Assembly: GCA_947454025.1 (NCBI GenBank)
Contig: CANGIZ010000003.1
Location: 301 to 64,300, forward strand
Source: Bacteroidota bacterium
GTDB lineage: Bacteria; Bacteroidota; Bacteroidia; Chitinophagales; Chitinophagaceae
DNA: 64,000 bases
Direction of reading: 5' to 3'
Part shown: positions 1 through 10,852 of the stretch, one piece after another
Position numbering within the stretch: the first letter of the stretch is position 1
Layout of the letters: each line of letters begins with the position of its first letter
Program-made: the position numbers and the translations under genes
Notes under the pieces: model-generated
The model's input: the letters and a program-made list of their open reading frames with translations, nothing else
The model's database searches: none
Told to the model about the DNA's origin: nothing

Positions 1-2
1 CT

Positions 3-1235
3 AACTCTAACTCAGGTAGATACTTAAGCTTCAACAACTACAACTTTACTAGAACAGATAGTTACGCTTCTGCAGTTTGGATCAATGCATATGCTGCGAT
101 CAAAAATGCAAACTTGATTATCAATTCTGGTTTAGATCCAGTGAAAAGTGCAAACGTAAGTCAATTACTTTCTGAGGCGTATGCTATTAGAGGTATGATT
201 TATTTTGACTTAGTAAGAAACTACGCGTTACCTTATACTGCTGCTGATCCTAATTCTACATTAGGTGTGCCAATTGTAACTACATTTGACGCAACTATCA
301 AACCTTCAAGAGCGACTGTTGCTGCTGTGTATACACAAGTATTGGCCGACTTAAACAAGGCATGGTCTTTGGCTAAGAACAACCAAGGTGAAACAATGAC
401 TTTTGCTGCTACTAATAAAACAAGAGCGGTTAACTCATCATTCATGAGTAAATATGCAATTGAATTATTATTAGCAAGAGTATATCAAAACAAAGGAGAT
501 TGGGCTAGTGCAAAAACAGCTGCTAACGATGTGATCACTAATAGTGGTTTCTCATTAGTAACTGCAGCTAACTTAATTTCATATTGGAAGGGTACCACTC
601 CATTGACAAGCAAAACTGAAACGATGTTTGAAGTTACTTCAGACGCTAACAATAGTGTAGCTGATGGTACTTTGGCTAACTTATACGTTCCAAAACCTAC
701 AGGTAGCTATGGTGATATCTTAGCAACAAAAACACACTATGATGCATATACTGCAACTGACGTAAGAAAAGGTTTAATCAGCCCTAGTACACGTTCAGGT
801 CAAGCCGGTACAGCTTATTACATTACTAAATATCCTATTGATGTTATTAACTATGATGACGTTAAAATCATCCGTTTCTCTGAAGCGTATTTGATTTTAG
901 CTGAAGCACAATACAATTTAGGAGACGCTGCTGGTGCCAACACAACTTTAAACAAGTTGGTAGTAAACAGAGATCCTAGTAAAGTATATGCTAGTACTGG
1001 AACTCAAGTATTAGCGGATATCTTAAGCGAGCGTGCTAAAGAGTTTGCTTTTGAAGGTTACCGTTTTTGGGATTTGACTCGTTTAAACTACACGTTTAAC
1101 AAGCCTCAAACTCAAGACGCAAACAATGGTTATACTTACTTGAGCGTTGCTCCAGGTAATATTAACAGAATCTTCCCGATTCCTAACGATGAGATTTTAG
1201 TAAATCCAAATATGGTTCAAAACCCTGGATACTAA
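3..1235 (+). CDS. RagB/SusD family nutrient-uptake outer membrane protein (5' truncated by window edge)
   Basis: Frame open from position 3 (NSNSGRYLSFNNY...); SusD motifs EAYAIRGMIYFDLVRNY, IRFSEAYLILAEA, ERAKEFAFEGYRFWDLTR, C-terminal FPIP...QNPGY. Confidence 0.95.
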   Translation, partial: NSNSGRYLSFNNYNFTRTDSYASAVWINAYAAIKNANLIINSGLDPVKSANVSQLLSEAYAIRGMIYFDLVRNYALPYTAADPNSTLGVPIVTTFDATIKPSRATVAAVYTQVLADLNKAWSLAKNNQGETMTFAATNKTRAVNSSFMSKYAIELLLARVYQNKGDWASAKTAANDVITNSGFSLVTAANLISYWKGTTPLTSKTETMFEVTSDANNSVADGTLANLYVPKPTGSYGDILATKTHYDAYTATDVRKGLISPSTRSGQAGTAYYITKYPIDVINYDDVKIIRFSEAYLILAEAQYNLGDAAGANTTLNKLVVNRDPSKVYASTGTQVLADILSERAKEFAFEGYRFWDLTRLNYTFNKPQTQDANNGYTYLSVAPGNINRIFPIPNDEILVNPNMVQNPGY

Positions 1236-1254
1236 TAGTTCATTTTAGCATATT

Positions 1255-1290
1255 AAAAAAAGGGCTTCCAGTACGGAGGCCCTTTTTTAT
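1255..1290 (+). terminator. Rho-independent terminator
   Basis: A-tract, AGGGCTTCC-agtac-GGAGGCCCT stem, T-tract directly after the SusD gene. Confidence 0.85.
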
Positions 1291-1306
1291 TTCTATCCCT
1301 ATTCAG

Positions 1307-1364
1307 TTGAATTGAAAAACTTCATTTACATTTAGTATAGCAAATTGAATTGAAAACTTCATTT
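1307..1364. repeat. Near-perfect 20-21 bp direct repeat in promoter region
   Basis: TTGAATTGAAAAACTTCATTT (1307-1327) and TTGAATTGAAAACTTCATTT (1345-1364). Confidence 0.8.
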
Positions 1365-1383
1365 TGTCTATTAACTTGTATTT

Positions 1384-2901
1384 ATGAAAAATTTCTTTTT
1401 ACTACTGCTCGTATTCCCGGTTTTTGTAAACGCACAAAATCCAAGTCATTTTACTCCTGCCACTTTTAATGATTCAGGCCGATTGGAGCGCATTCAAAAA
1501 GCAATGCCAGTCATTGAAAAAATGTACAAGGACTTTGCTGTTGTAAATCATGTACCTGGCTATGCATATGGAATTGTAGTGGATGGTCAATTATTGTATA
1601 AGGGAGCAGCAGGTTATGCAAATTTGGAAGAAAAAATTCCAGCAACAACCAGTTCGATGTTTCGCATTGCATCCATGTCAAAGAGTTTCACGGCATTAGC
1701 CATTTTACATTTAAGAGACGCAGGTAAATTAAGATTAGATGATCCAGTAGCCATGTATATTCCAGCTTTAAAAGGACAGGGTTTAACCAAGGATGCACCA
1801 GCTATCACCATTCGCCATTTAATGAGTCATAGTGCAGGCTTCCCCGAAGACAACCCTTGGGGAGATCGTCAATTAGCAGATTCGGAAAAAGACTTGAATG
1901 ATTTAATCAAAGGCCAGCTTTCCTTTTCGAATGTGGCAGGCATTGAATATGAATATAGCAATTTAGGATTTGCGATGCTAGGTTATATTATTCATAAAGT
2001 ATCAGGCATGACTTATGATGCTTATATCAAAAAAAATATTTTATCGCCCTTAGGTATGAACACGACGACTTATGAATACACAACAATACCTAAAGATAAA
2101 TTTGCGTTTGGGTATCGATATATTAATGATCAATGGAGAAAAGAAACTCCTTTAAAAGATGGGATTTATGGTGCAATGGGAGGAATGATTACATCGATAG
2201 ATATGTTTGGAAAATATGTTGCAATGCATGAAGCAGCTTGGCCGGAACGTAATGATAAAGAAACGCTTCCTATCAAAAGAAGTAGCCTTAGAGAGATGCA
2301 TCAACCTGCACGCTTTATTGCATTGAACCCGAATTACACTTTTCCTAGTGGCAAAAAATTGGCAACGGCAGGCGCCTATACTTATGGGTTAAGATGGATG
2401 ATAGATGCAGAACATAAAAAAAATATTGGACATAGTGGAGGCTTGCCTGGCTTTGGAAGCAATTGGCAGTTCTTGCCCGACTATGGGGTTGGTGTAATAT
2501 TATTCGCCAATGTAACTTATGCCCCAACTACAACAATCAATACTGCCGTGCTGGACAGTTTAGTGCATATGGCGGCTTTAAAACCTCGTCTAACAAGCGT
2601 TTCACCTATTTTGGCATTACGTCAAAAAGCACTTGCACAAATCATTACGAACTGGGAAAACATACCCGCTATTTTTGCGGAAAATTTCTTTGATGATTAT
2701 CCAATCGATATGTTAAAGAAGCAGTCTGCTGAAATCTTTTCGAAAGTAGGTAATATGAATACTTTACATACTATGGTTGCTGAAAATCAATTAAGGGGTT
2801 ATTGTATTATTGATTGTGAAAGCGGGAAACTTAAAATGAGCTTTACCCTTTCACCTGAAAATCCCGCACTCATTCAAGAATATCAATTAACAATAGAATA
2901 A
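1384..2901 (+). CDS. Serine hydrolase, beta-lactamase/AmpC-like family, secreted
   Basis: Signal peptide; SxxK (IASMSK), YSN and HSG motifs. Confidence 0.9.
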   Translation: MKNFFLLLLVFPVFVNAQNPSHFTPATFNDSGRLERIQKAMPVIEKMYKDFAVVNHVPGYAYGIVVDGQLLYKGAAGYANLEEKIPATTSSMFRIASMSKSFTALAILHLRDAGKLRLDDPVAMYIPALKGQGLTKDAPAITIRHLMSHSAGFPEDNPWGDRQLADSEKDLNDLIKGQLSFSNVAGIEYEYSNLGFAMLGYIIHKVSGMTYDAYIKKNILSPLGMNTTTYEYTTIPKDKFAFGYRYINDQWRKETPLKDGIYGAMGGMITSIDMFGKYVAMHEAAWPERNDKETLPIKRSSLREMHQPARFIALNPNYTFPSGKKLATAGAYTYGLRWMIDAEHKKNIGHSGGLPGFGSNWQFLPDYGVGVILFANVTYAPTTTINTAVLDSLVHMAALKPRLTSVSPILALRQKALAQIITNWENIPAIFAENFFDDYPIDMLKKQSAEIFSKVGNMNTLHTMVAENQLRGYCIIDCESGKLKMSFTLSPENPALIQEYQLTIE

Positions 2902-2941
2902 GTAAAAATTAATAAACTTATCTTTATGTTCAATTGATAAA

Positions 2942-3847
2942 ATGAAATTGAACTGGAAAGGTGCTTTGCTGTGGAGTAATCAATTCTATGGTATTTGTGC
3001 AGTATTATTGGCGATCGAGTCCAATGTATTATTACTGCACGCAATACCGAACGCATTTCTTTTGCTTACAATCCATTTAGTTACAGTGCTTTATTATACA
3101 CATGCCTACTTACATGAGGAGCAGGATGGAATATATAATGAAAGAAGCAACTGGTACAAGAGGAATCTACGTTATTTAAAACTTAGACAAGTAATTTATA
3201 CGATTGCCTGCGTTTGGCTACTAATAGTAAAACTAGCTGCTATTCAGTTGTTTTTACATGCACCTTTAACGATTCAACTATTTATTATAGCTTCATTTGC
3301 TTTATCGGCAATTTATTATTTACCGAACTATGTTTTTTTTCCTTTTACATCTTTTCGAAATAAAGGCATACTAAAAAGTGCAGCTATTGCTTGGGTTTGG
3401 ACAGTACTTTGCTGTATGATTCCCTTGTGGTTTTCCATGGAATCCAATTTTTTAAATATACCCTCATCAATTGCTTTTTGGTCGCATTTTATTCAATTGT
3501 ATTTTTTTATTTTAATCCTGGCAATATTGTTCGACATCAAGGATTTATATCGAGATAAAGAAGCATTTGTAAATACTTTAGTGGTAAAGCATGGAGTTGA
3601 TTTTACGATTCATAAAATCGTATTGCCATTATTGTTGCTTAGCTTCTTATTCACCTTGCTAGGGCATTATTGGCAAGGAGGCAGCCTTATGCATTTAATC
3701 TCAAGATTATTGATACTTGTGCTCGTATATATTGTATCCCGAATTGTAGTTCATCAAAAAGCAATACATATAAACATGTTGCTGATTGATGGTCTTATGA
3801 TTATTAAGGCAATCTTAAGCATTATGATAGTTTACATGATTCATTAG
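2942..3847 (+). CDS. UbiA prenyltransferase-like integral membrane protein
   Basis: Multiple TM helices; Asp-rich FDIKDLYRD...TLVVKHG motif. Confidence 0.65.
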   Translation: MKLNWKGALLWSNQFYGICAVLLAIESNVLLLHAIPNAFLLLTIHLVTVLYYTHAYLHEEQDGIYNERSNWYKRNLRYLKLRQVIYTIACVWLLIVKLAAIQLFLHAPLTIQLFIIASFALSAIYYLPNYVFFPFTSFRNKGILKSAAIAWVWTVLCCMIPLWFSMESNFLNIPSSIAFWSHFIQLYFFILILAILFDIKDLYRDKEAFVNTLVVKHGVDFTIHKIVLPLLLLSFLFTLLGHYWQGGSLMHLISRLLILVLVYIVSRIVVHQKAIHINMLLIDGLMIIKAILSIMIVYMIH

Positions 3848-3897
3848 AAAATTGTTAAAAAGGGTAAGGTCAATTTCAAAACTCATTTCATTAGTAG

Positions 3898-3905
3898 TAA
3901 CTTTG
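3898..3905 (+). promoter_or_regulatory. Bacteroidota -7 promoter element
   Basis: TAACTTTG matches TAnnTTTG, 16 nt before ATG 3922. Confidence 0.6.
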
Positions 3906-3921
3906 TTCTAATCCTTTTTAT

Positions 3922-4599
3922 ATGAGAGTATTGTTATTAGAAGACGACGCTACCTTGTCGGCAGAAATAGAAAAATTTTTTAAATCAAAAAATATCGAAT
4001 GCCAAGCGATTTTAAATGGCGACCTCGCAGCTAAGCAATACAATAAGGATCAACATGACTTGGTGATCCTTGATATTAATGTACCAGGACAATCTGGTAT
4101 CGAAGTGTGCGCTTCCATTAGAAAAATTGATAAAAAAGTACCGATCCTAATGCTTACTGCTTTTGGTGAAATCGAGGATAAGCTTAAGGCATTCAATACC
4201 GGTGCAGATGATTACTTATTAAAGCCCTTTCATTTTGACGAACTTTTTGCACGTGTTAATGCATTGCTTAAAAGAAAAGAAGTTCCTCAGCAAGAAGAAG
4301 ATATTGTGATAGCAGACCTGGTTATTTCCAATACAGAAATGAGGGTATATCGAGGAGGTGTTGAAATACAACTTACTCCAAAAGAATTTAAATTGCTTTC
4401 CATTTTGGCGGCAGCAAATGGCAGAATCGTTTCAAAAAATACAATTAGTGAACAGCTCTGGGATTATCAAATCATAACGAATCAAAATACGATTGAAGTG
4501 TATATTAATTCGCTGAGAAAAAAAATTGATAAAAACTACGAAGCAAAATTAATTCATACGAAGGTTGGCTACGGCTATTTTTTAAAAAATGAAAAATGA
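3922..4599 (+). CDS. OmpR/PhoB family response regulator
   Basis: REC domain (LLEDD, ILDINVP, GADDYLLKPF) plus winged-helix C-terminus (LTPKEF...IHTKVGYGY). Confidence 0.95.
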   Translation: MRVLLLEDDATLSAEIEKFFKSKNIECQAILNGDLAAKQYNKDQHDLVILDINVPGQSGIEVCASIRKIDKKVPILMLTAFGEIEDKLKAFNTGADDYLLKPFHFDELFARVNALLKRKEVPQQEEDIVIADLVISNTEMRVYRGGVEIQLTPKEFKLLSILAAANGRIVSKNTISEQLWDYQIITNQNTIEVYINSLRKKIDKNYEAKLIHTKVGYGYFLKNEK

Positions 4600-5957
4600 C
4601 CTTAAAGTCAAAAATTTCCATATTTGTAACTAGCTTGTTTGTGGTGCTGTATGCAGCTATGGCAGCATTAGTATTAATTTTATTTTCCCAATTTCGAGCC
4701 GAAGAATTTCAAGATCGACTAAGACAAAAAGCCACGTCTACTATTGAGTTGTTAATTGAATTAAAACAATCCAATCAGGAAATAATAAAAAACATTGATA
4801 AGCAAAAGGCCGATAATTTAATTGATGAAAAAACATTAGTATACAATAATAATCTATCCCTTGTATATTCTAGTTTATACGATACCGCATTGGCTTGGGA
4901 AAAACAACAACTCCCTTTTCTACAAAAAAATCATGAATTTTTTCAACGAAGGGATAGTTTAGAAACCTTTGGCATTAAATACAATTACAAAAAAGAAGAT
5001 TATTATGTAATTGTCTCAGCGAAAGATATTTCTGGTTTTAGAAAATTAAATTATTTAAAATATGTACTATTTTTCTCATTCATCTTATTCGCTTTACTAG
5101 CTTGGTTTTCGACAAGGATAATGGTTTCTAAACTATTAAAGCCGTTAGATCATTTTCATAAAAAAATAAAACTCATTAATGAAAATAATTTAGATGAGGT
5201 CATCGAAGTGAAATCGGAAAATAATGAAATTGATTTATTGGCTTATGAATTTAATTTAATGTTACAACGAATTGATGCGTCGCTTAAACATCAATCGGAA
5301 TTTACGGCCAATGCTTCGCACGAATTACGCACTCCTATTTCTAGAATTATAGCACAGATTGAAAATAAAATGAATGAAGGAAGCATTGATGAAACAACAA
5401 AGACTTTTCTTCAAAATATATTAGACGATACCAATCAAATTTCAGAGTTAATACATTCATTGTTGATTTTGTCAAAAAACAATACGACCATATCTAATTT
5501 AGAGCAATTGAACCGATTAGATGAAATTATATATGATTGCATTTCAAAAATGAATATGCTATATCCCGACTGTAAAGTATATTTTGATATTGTATTAGAG
5601 AAGGACACGGATGATATGGTAGAACTTAGAGTAAGTAAAACTTTGTTAGAAATTGTATTTATCAATCTCATTAAGAACGCATATGCATATAGTGACAATA
5701 AGGAAGTGCATATAAAGATTTTGCAAAAACAGCATGAATTACAATGCATCATAATGAATACGGGCAATACCATTAGCGAAACAGATCAAAAACGACTCTA
5801 TGAGCCCTTTATGCGAGGAGAAAATTCCCAGGGTAAGCCTGGCTTTGGAATAGGGCTGCGCATTGTAGAACGTATTTTGAATGTATATAAGGCCAAAATC
5901 ACGTACACGGCGGTTAATGACAACACAAATGAATTTTTAGTTCAGTTTCCAGTGTAA
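4596..5957 (+). CDS. HAMP-domain sensor histidine kinase
   Basis: Two TM helices, HAMP, H-box ASHELRTP, N-box NLIKNA, G-box GFGIGL; ATGA overlap with regulator. Confidence 0.95.
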   Translation: MTLKSKISIFVTSLFVVLYAAMAALVLILFSQFRAEEFQDRLRQKATSTIELLIELKQSNQEIIKNIDKQKADNLIDEKTLVYNNNLSLVYSSLYDTALAWEKQQLPFLQKNHEFFQRRDSLETFGIKYNYKKEDYYVIVSAKDISGFRKLNYLKYVLFFSFILFALLAWFSTRIMVSKLLKPLDHFHKKIKLINENNLDEVIEVKSENNEIDLLAYEFNLMLQRIDASLKHQSEFTANASHELRTPISRIIAQIENKMNEGSIDETTKTFLQNILDDTNQISELIHSLLILSKNNTTISNLEQLNRLDEIIYDCISKMNMLYPDCKVYFDIVLEKDTDDMVELRVSKTLLEIVFINLIKNAYAYSDNKEVHIKILQKQHELQCIIMNTGNTISETDQKRLYEPFMRGENSQGKPGFGIGLRIVERILNVYKAKITYTAVNDNTNEFLVQFPV

Positions 5958-6024
5958 GAAATTACGAATTTCCTAAACAGTCCCTTATTTATATAATTTA
6001 ATCTTGGCTTTTCTTATTATTATA

Positions 6025-6032
6025 TAAATTTG
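6025..6032 (+). promoter_or_regulatory. Bacteroidota -7 promoter element
   Basis: TAAATTTG upstream of efflux operon. Confidence 0.6.
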
Positions 6033-6066
6033 CACTTTAATTTGAATCTCATAATAACATATACAG

Positions 6067-7104
6067 ATGGAGCAAGAAAAAAAGCAAAAACAAGCTACAA
6101 TTAGAAAAGCCGTTATTGGCGTATTATTGGTAGTTGCCCTTTATTTTGGTATCAAGAAAGTGGCATTTTCATTAACACATGAAACAACCGATAACGCACA
6201 AATAGAAACTTCGATTGTACCTGTGATTACAAGAATATCAGGTTATGTAAAGAATATTTCTATAAAAGATTACGACTCAGTGAGTCAAAATCAATTGGTA
6301 GCTGAATTAGACGACGCAGAATTACAAATGCAATTGGAAGAGCAAAAAGCGGACTTATTGCAATCAAACGCTGATGTTTCTAATGCAAAGGCACAATTAG
6401 AAAATGCGATTTTAGCTTTGAAAAATAATAAGGGTGTAATTGATTTAAAAACAATTCGTCAAAAAAAGGCTGCAAGCGACTTACAAAGAGATCAAAATTT
6501 ATTTAAAGAACAAGCAATTACTAAAAAGCAATTAGACGAAACGGAATATCAATTGTCTGCAGCGAATCAAGAAGCTAATAATGCACAAACAGAATATGCT
6601 ACAGCAAATAATAGAATTGCAGTTTTAAGAGAGAATGTGAATAGAGCAAATGCATTGATTCAAATGAAGCAGGCAAAAATTAAAGAGACCGAATTAAAAC
6701 TTTCGTATACTAAAATCACTACACCTGCAACAGGTAAAATTGGTAAGAAAAATATTAGTATTGGCCAATTTGTACAAGCCGGCACTCCAATATTTTCGGT
6801 TGTAAACGACAGCAGCTATTGGGTTGTAGCTAATTTTAAAGAAAGCCAATTAGGGTCTTTGTATGAAGGGAAAAAAGTTAAAATTCGTGTAGACGCATTT
6901 GATGACTTGGATATACAAGGTACGATTGCAAGTTTAAGTGATGCTACGGGTGCAAAGTTTTCATTATTGCCTCCCGATAATTCTAGCGGTAATTTTATTA
7001 AAGTAACACAAAGAATTCCAGTAAAAATTTCAATCGAAAATCAAGCTGCTTTAAAAAGCAAGTTGAGAGCTGGTATGAGTGTATTTATCACCGTTGACAA
7101 ATAG
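6067..7104 (+). CDS. HlyD/EmrA family membrane fusion protein
   Basis: N-terminal TM, ETTDNAQI, coiled coil, FSLLPPDNSSGNFIKVTQRIPVKI. Confidence 0.93.
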   Translation: MEQEKKQKQATIRKAVIGVLLVVALYFGIKKVAFSLTHETTDNAQIETSIVPVITRISGYVKNISIKDYDSVSQNQLVAELDDAELQMQLEEQKADLLQSNADVSNAKAQLENAILALKNNKGVIDLKTIRQKKAASDLQRDQNLFKEQAITKKQLDETEYQLSAANQEANNAQTEYATANNRIAVLRENVNRANALIQMKQAKIKETELKLSYTKITTPATGKIGKKNISIGQFVQAGTPIFSVVNDSSYWVVANFKESQLGSLYEGKKVKIRVDAFDDLDIQGTIASLSDATGAKFSLLPPDNSSGNFIKVTQRIPVKISIENQAALKSKLRAGMSVFITVDK

Positions 7105-7108
7105 TTTA

Positions 7109-8683
7109 ATGGCAACTCCTAAGGGAATAGCGAAAGCAATTATTGTAATTACAACCGTATCGGCTGCCATTATGGAGCTTATTGATACGTCGATTGTAAA
7201 CGTAGCATTAACCGATATTTCGGGTAGTCTCGGCGTTAGTATCGAAGATATTAGCTGGGTGATTACTTCTTATGCGATTGCAAATGTGATTATCATTCCA
7301 TTAACAGGATTCTTGGCTGAATATTTTGGTCGTAAAAACTACTATATCGTCTCGATGATTATTTTTACGGCAGCCTCCTATTTGTGCGGGCAGTCGGATA
7401 GTTTAGTAGAATTAATAATTTGGCGTTTTGTACAAGGTGTCGGTGGCGGAGCCTTATTGTCTACTTCTCAAGCCATTTTATTTGATGCCTTCGAACCCAA
7501 GGAACGCCCCATGGCGGCTGGGCTATTTGGTATGGGTATCGTACTTGGACCCACATTAGGACCTACTTTGGGTGGATGGATTATAGAGCATCAAAGTTGG
7601 CCTTTGATTTTTATGATCAATATTCCTATTGGTATCATTGCTACTTTCCTGGCTTATACCTTTATTGATAAAAAAGAAGGAGAGGGCAAGTCCAAGAAGG
7701 ATATTAAAATTGATTATACGGGGATTCTCCTACTCGCGGTGGGAATTGGTTGTTTACAATATGTATTAGAACGTGGAGAATCGGAGGAGTGGTTTACAAG
7801 CGAAACCATTCGTTTTTGCTCCATGATTGCTGTTGTGGGACTAGGTATGTTTATATGGTATGAACTAAGCATTAAACAACCCGCAGTGAATTTGAGGGTT
7901 TTGGGAAATAGAAACTTGGCATTCACTACCATATTTACATTTGTTGCTGGTTTTGGATTGTTTACTTCGGTATTTGTGTATCCAGTATTGGCTCAACGAA
8001 TTATGGGATATACTTCCTTTGAAACTGGAATTTCTTTATTGCCTCCTACTTTGGCAGGCGTAATTATGATGCCCATCATTGGTAAGCTAATGAGTAAAGG
8101 AGTAACACCTATACCTTTTGTGATTGTAGGATTTACTTTGTTTTCAGTGTATGCATTTTATAGCGCTGCCATGCCACCCGATGCGGGTAAGTGGGATTTT
8201 TTCTGGCCACTTTTAATTAGAGCATTTGGTATTTCAATGAGTCAGTTGCCTTTGATTAATCAGGCGGTAGTTGGATTAGAGCCCAAGGATTATGCTTCGG
8301 GTATTTCCTTAAATAACATGATTAGACAATTAGGTGGTGCATTTGGTATTGCCATTGCCAACAATTATGTAGCGCAACAATATTTTAAACACAGAACGAA
8401 TTTAATTGCCAACCTTCCTGCTGACGGAGCACAATGGAAAGAGAGAGTAGGAGCAGTTTCACAAGGTATTGCAGCCAAGACAGGAGACTTTCATGGCGCA
8501 ACCGAAAGAGCGTATAAAATGATTGATATGTCGGTAGATAGACAAGCTTATTATTTATCTTACCTAGATACATTTAGACTAGTGGGTATTTTCTTTTTAG
8601 TAGTGATTCCATTGGTCTTCTTTTTAAGAACAAGAAAAAAATTAGATAAAGCTGCGTTAGAGGCTGCTGCCGAAGCGCATTAA
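7109..8683 (+). CDS. DHA2/EmrB family MFS efflux permease
   Basis: IDTSIVNVAL, WVITSYAIA, GPTLGPTLGGWI; many TM helices; start moved to ATG 7109 after the upstream stop. Confidence 0.93.
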   Translation: MATPKGIAKAIIVITTVSAAIMELIDTSIVNVALTDISGSLGVSIEDISWVITSYAIANVIIIPLTGFLAEYFGRKNYYIVSMIIFTAASYLCGQSDSLVELIIWRFVQGVGGGALLSTSQAILFDAFEPKERPMAAGLFGMGIVLGPTLGPTLGGWIIEHQSWPLIFMINIPIGIIATFLAYTFIDKKEGEGKSKKDIKIDYTGILLLAVGIGCLQYVLERGESEEWFTSETIRFCSMIAVVGLGMFIWYELSIKQPAVNLRVLGNRNLAFTTIFTFVAGFGLFTSVFVYPVLAQRIMGYTSFETGISLLPPTLAGVIMMPIIGKLMSKGVTPIPFVIVGFTLFSVYAFYSAAMPPDAGKWDFFWPLLIRAFGISMSQLPLINQAVVGLEPKDYASGISLNNMIRQLGGAFGIAIANNYVAQQYFKHRTNLIANLPADGAQWKERVGAVSQGIAAKTGDFHGATERAYKMIDMSVDRQAYYLSYLDTFRLVGIFFLVVIPLVFFLRTRKKLDKAALEAAAEAH

Positions 8684-8696
8684 AATAGACACGAAA

Positions 8697-9983
8697 ATGA
8701 GAAAGATATTTATAACGGTTGTGGTTGTTGTTGCCTTTTCTAAAATGGCAACTGCTCAAGCGATTGTGAATGGTGAATTAAAATCATTATTACAACAGTC
8801 ATTAACACACTTTCCAAAAGTGAAGGAAGTAGAACAAACAGTGCAATTAGCAGAGGATAAACTAAAGCTTACGGAGTTAAACAAATACCCTGATATTACT
8901 TTAGATGCAAGCTATGCTTATGTACAACCAAAAATTGAAGTGCCATTTGGAGAAAAAGCTTTTCAATTTGCACCAGAGCATAATGTGTCTGGCGCATTAA
9001 ACGGCACTTACACTTTATTTGATTTTGGAAGATTAAAAGCGAATATCGAAAAAGCTAAACTTGAATTACAGTCTGCGCATCATGTGGCAGCTCAATTGGA
9101 AAACAGTTTGTTTGTTCAAGTAAGTCAATTATACTTTCAAATTGTATATGCACAAAAAGCAATTGAAATTCAAAATGAAGTATTAGGCTTGTTAGCTGAA
9201 AATAAAGCTGTGATTGATGCCCAATTGAAAAATGGCAATGCCATTCAATTGGATGTATTAACGATTCAATCTAAAATTGACAATGAGGCCAATCGAAAAA
9301 TTGACTTAGAAACCAACTTAAAAAAATTATTGAATTTATTAAATTACGCAACTGGCGCGAAGAACATTAAGGAAGGACAATTAAGCTTACCTGTAAAGAG
9401 CTATACATTAGACGAAGCAATGCAATTAGCAATTAGTAACAATCCTGGTTTAGCAATCGCAAAAGATCGTTTGAATATTGCAAAGTCCGACTTGGCGATT
9501 AGCAAATTAGTTGAAAAACCATATGTAGGCATCAAAGCAAGCGTGGGTTCTAAAAACGGATACTTACCTGCAATTAATGACCCAAGATTTAATTATAACG
9601 CAGGTATAGGATTCTCGATGCCATTGTTTAATGGAGGTAAAACCAAGCAATTAGTAAAGGTACAAGAGCGTGGTTTGGCATTGAGTGAAACTAATATTGC
9701 GGTGTTGTTACACGATACTGAAAAAGATATTCAAGCTTCTTTAATTGACATCAATAGTAGTGAAGCAAGAATAAAAAATGCGGCTACTCAAATTGAGCAA
9801 GCCGCATTAGCACAAAAATTAAGTGTTAGTAAATTAAAGAATGGAACTGCAACTCCTTTGGAAATTACCTCAACTAATGCAGATTATCAAAAAGCATTAT
9901 TGAATAAATTGCAATTTCAATATCAATTATGTAATGCTCAATTAGAACTTGTAAAGTTAATGGGCATTAAATTAATCGACTAG
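8697..9983 (+). CDS. TolC family outer membrane efflux protein
   Basis: Signal peptide; repeated TLFDFGR / PLFNGGK motifs; third gene of tripartite efflux operon. Confidence 0.9.
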   Translation: MRKIFITVVVVVAFSKMATAQAIVNGELKSLLQQSLTHFPKVKEVEQTVQLAEDKLKLTELNKYPDITLDASYAYVQPKIEVPFGEKAFQFAPEHNVSGALNGTYTLFDFGRLKANIEKAKLELQSAHHVAAQLENSLFVQVSQLYFQIVYAQKAIEIQNEVLGLLAENKAVIDAQLKNGNAIQLDVLTIQSKIDNEANRKIDLETNLKKLLNLLNYATGAKNIKEGQLSLPVKSYTLDEAMQLAISNNPGLAIAKDRLNIAKSDLAISKLVEKPYVGIKASVGSKNGYLPAINDPRFNYNAGIGFSMPLFNGGKTKQLVKVQERGLALSETNIAVLLHDTEKDIQASLIDINSSEARIKNAATQIEQAALAQKLSVSKLKNGTATPLEITSTNADYQKALLNKLQFQYQLCNAQLELVKLMGIKLID

Positions 9984-10768
9984 AAATCACCATAAGGCTT
10001 TGCTTTCATTAAAATGATATCTGCCTTTGAAACCGTTTTAAGGTATTCGGGTGCGTTAGAAATTTTCTTCCAAAAAGAATCGTCGCCGAATGCTTTCCAA
10101 TGTGCTTCACGGTCGGCAATATTATTAAAGCTTGTCATGTAAATTAAATTTGGCATTCTTGATCCCGCTATTACTTTAGCGTAAAAAATGGCGTTAAAAT
10201 TTAGTCTTGCAAAAAGCCCTATTTCTTTTCCCTCGTTAAACATGTGTACTTTTCTTAAATGCATATCCTCTGTTGTGCTCTCGTAACTTCTGAATTCAAA
10301 AATTCTTTCATCGGGATTGTTTTTTTTCAAGTTTGAATTTTTTTCAAATTGAGCTTGGCCCTTAAATGCTTTGGATAATACGGTTTCGATTCTAGTATAA
10401 GGTAAACTACTATCTGCATTTTCTAAATGTATAATGCTATTAAATCCCATTGGATCAATTTTTTCAATTTGCTGATCGAGGGTTTCTAATTCCTCAATAC
10501 TTTTTAAGGGTACCCAAACGAATAATTTTTTATCTACTGCAGTGTCATTGTCAATGGGTGTAAACACACCAATTTTTGAAATACCTGCCTCGTGCATATA
10601 AGGAATGTAAGTAGATTTTAAAAAAACGTCAATGTGATCGATTTGCTTTTGAGTACTACAATGGTAAATTTTCAATAAATAGTATTCACGTGGAATTGCA
10701 TTCGCTTGAATTGAAAATGCACTTGTTAGCATAAGGGTAAGGATGCTAAATATGAATAATTTTTTCAT
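9980..10768 (-). CDS. NIPSNAP family protein, secreted
   Basis: Signal peptide; IFEFRSYES...KVHMFN...MPNLIYM...REAHWKAF. Confidence 0.8.
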   Translation of the reverse strand: MKKLFIFSILTLMLTSAFSIQANAIPREYYLLKIYHCSTQKQIDHIDVFLKSTYIPYMHEAGISKIGVFTPIDNDTAVDKKLFVWVPLKSIEELETLDQQIEKIDPMGFNSIIHLENADSSLPYTRIETVLSKAFKGQAQFEKNSNLKKNNPDERIFEFRSYESTTEDMHLRKVHMFNEGKEIGLFARLNFNAIFYAKVIAGSRMPNLIYMTSFNNIADREAHWKAFGDDSFWKKISNAPEYLKTVSKADIILMKAKPYGDF

Positions 10769-10852
10769 TTTGGCTGTGTTTTGAAATTCAAAATTAGGGA
10801 ATCTGAATTCTAAAGTGAATATTTATTACATTTAAGAAATAATTAAGATGTT

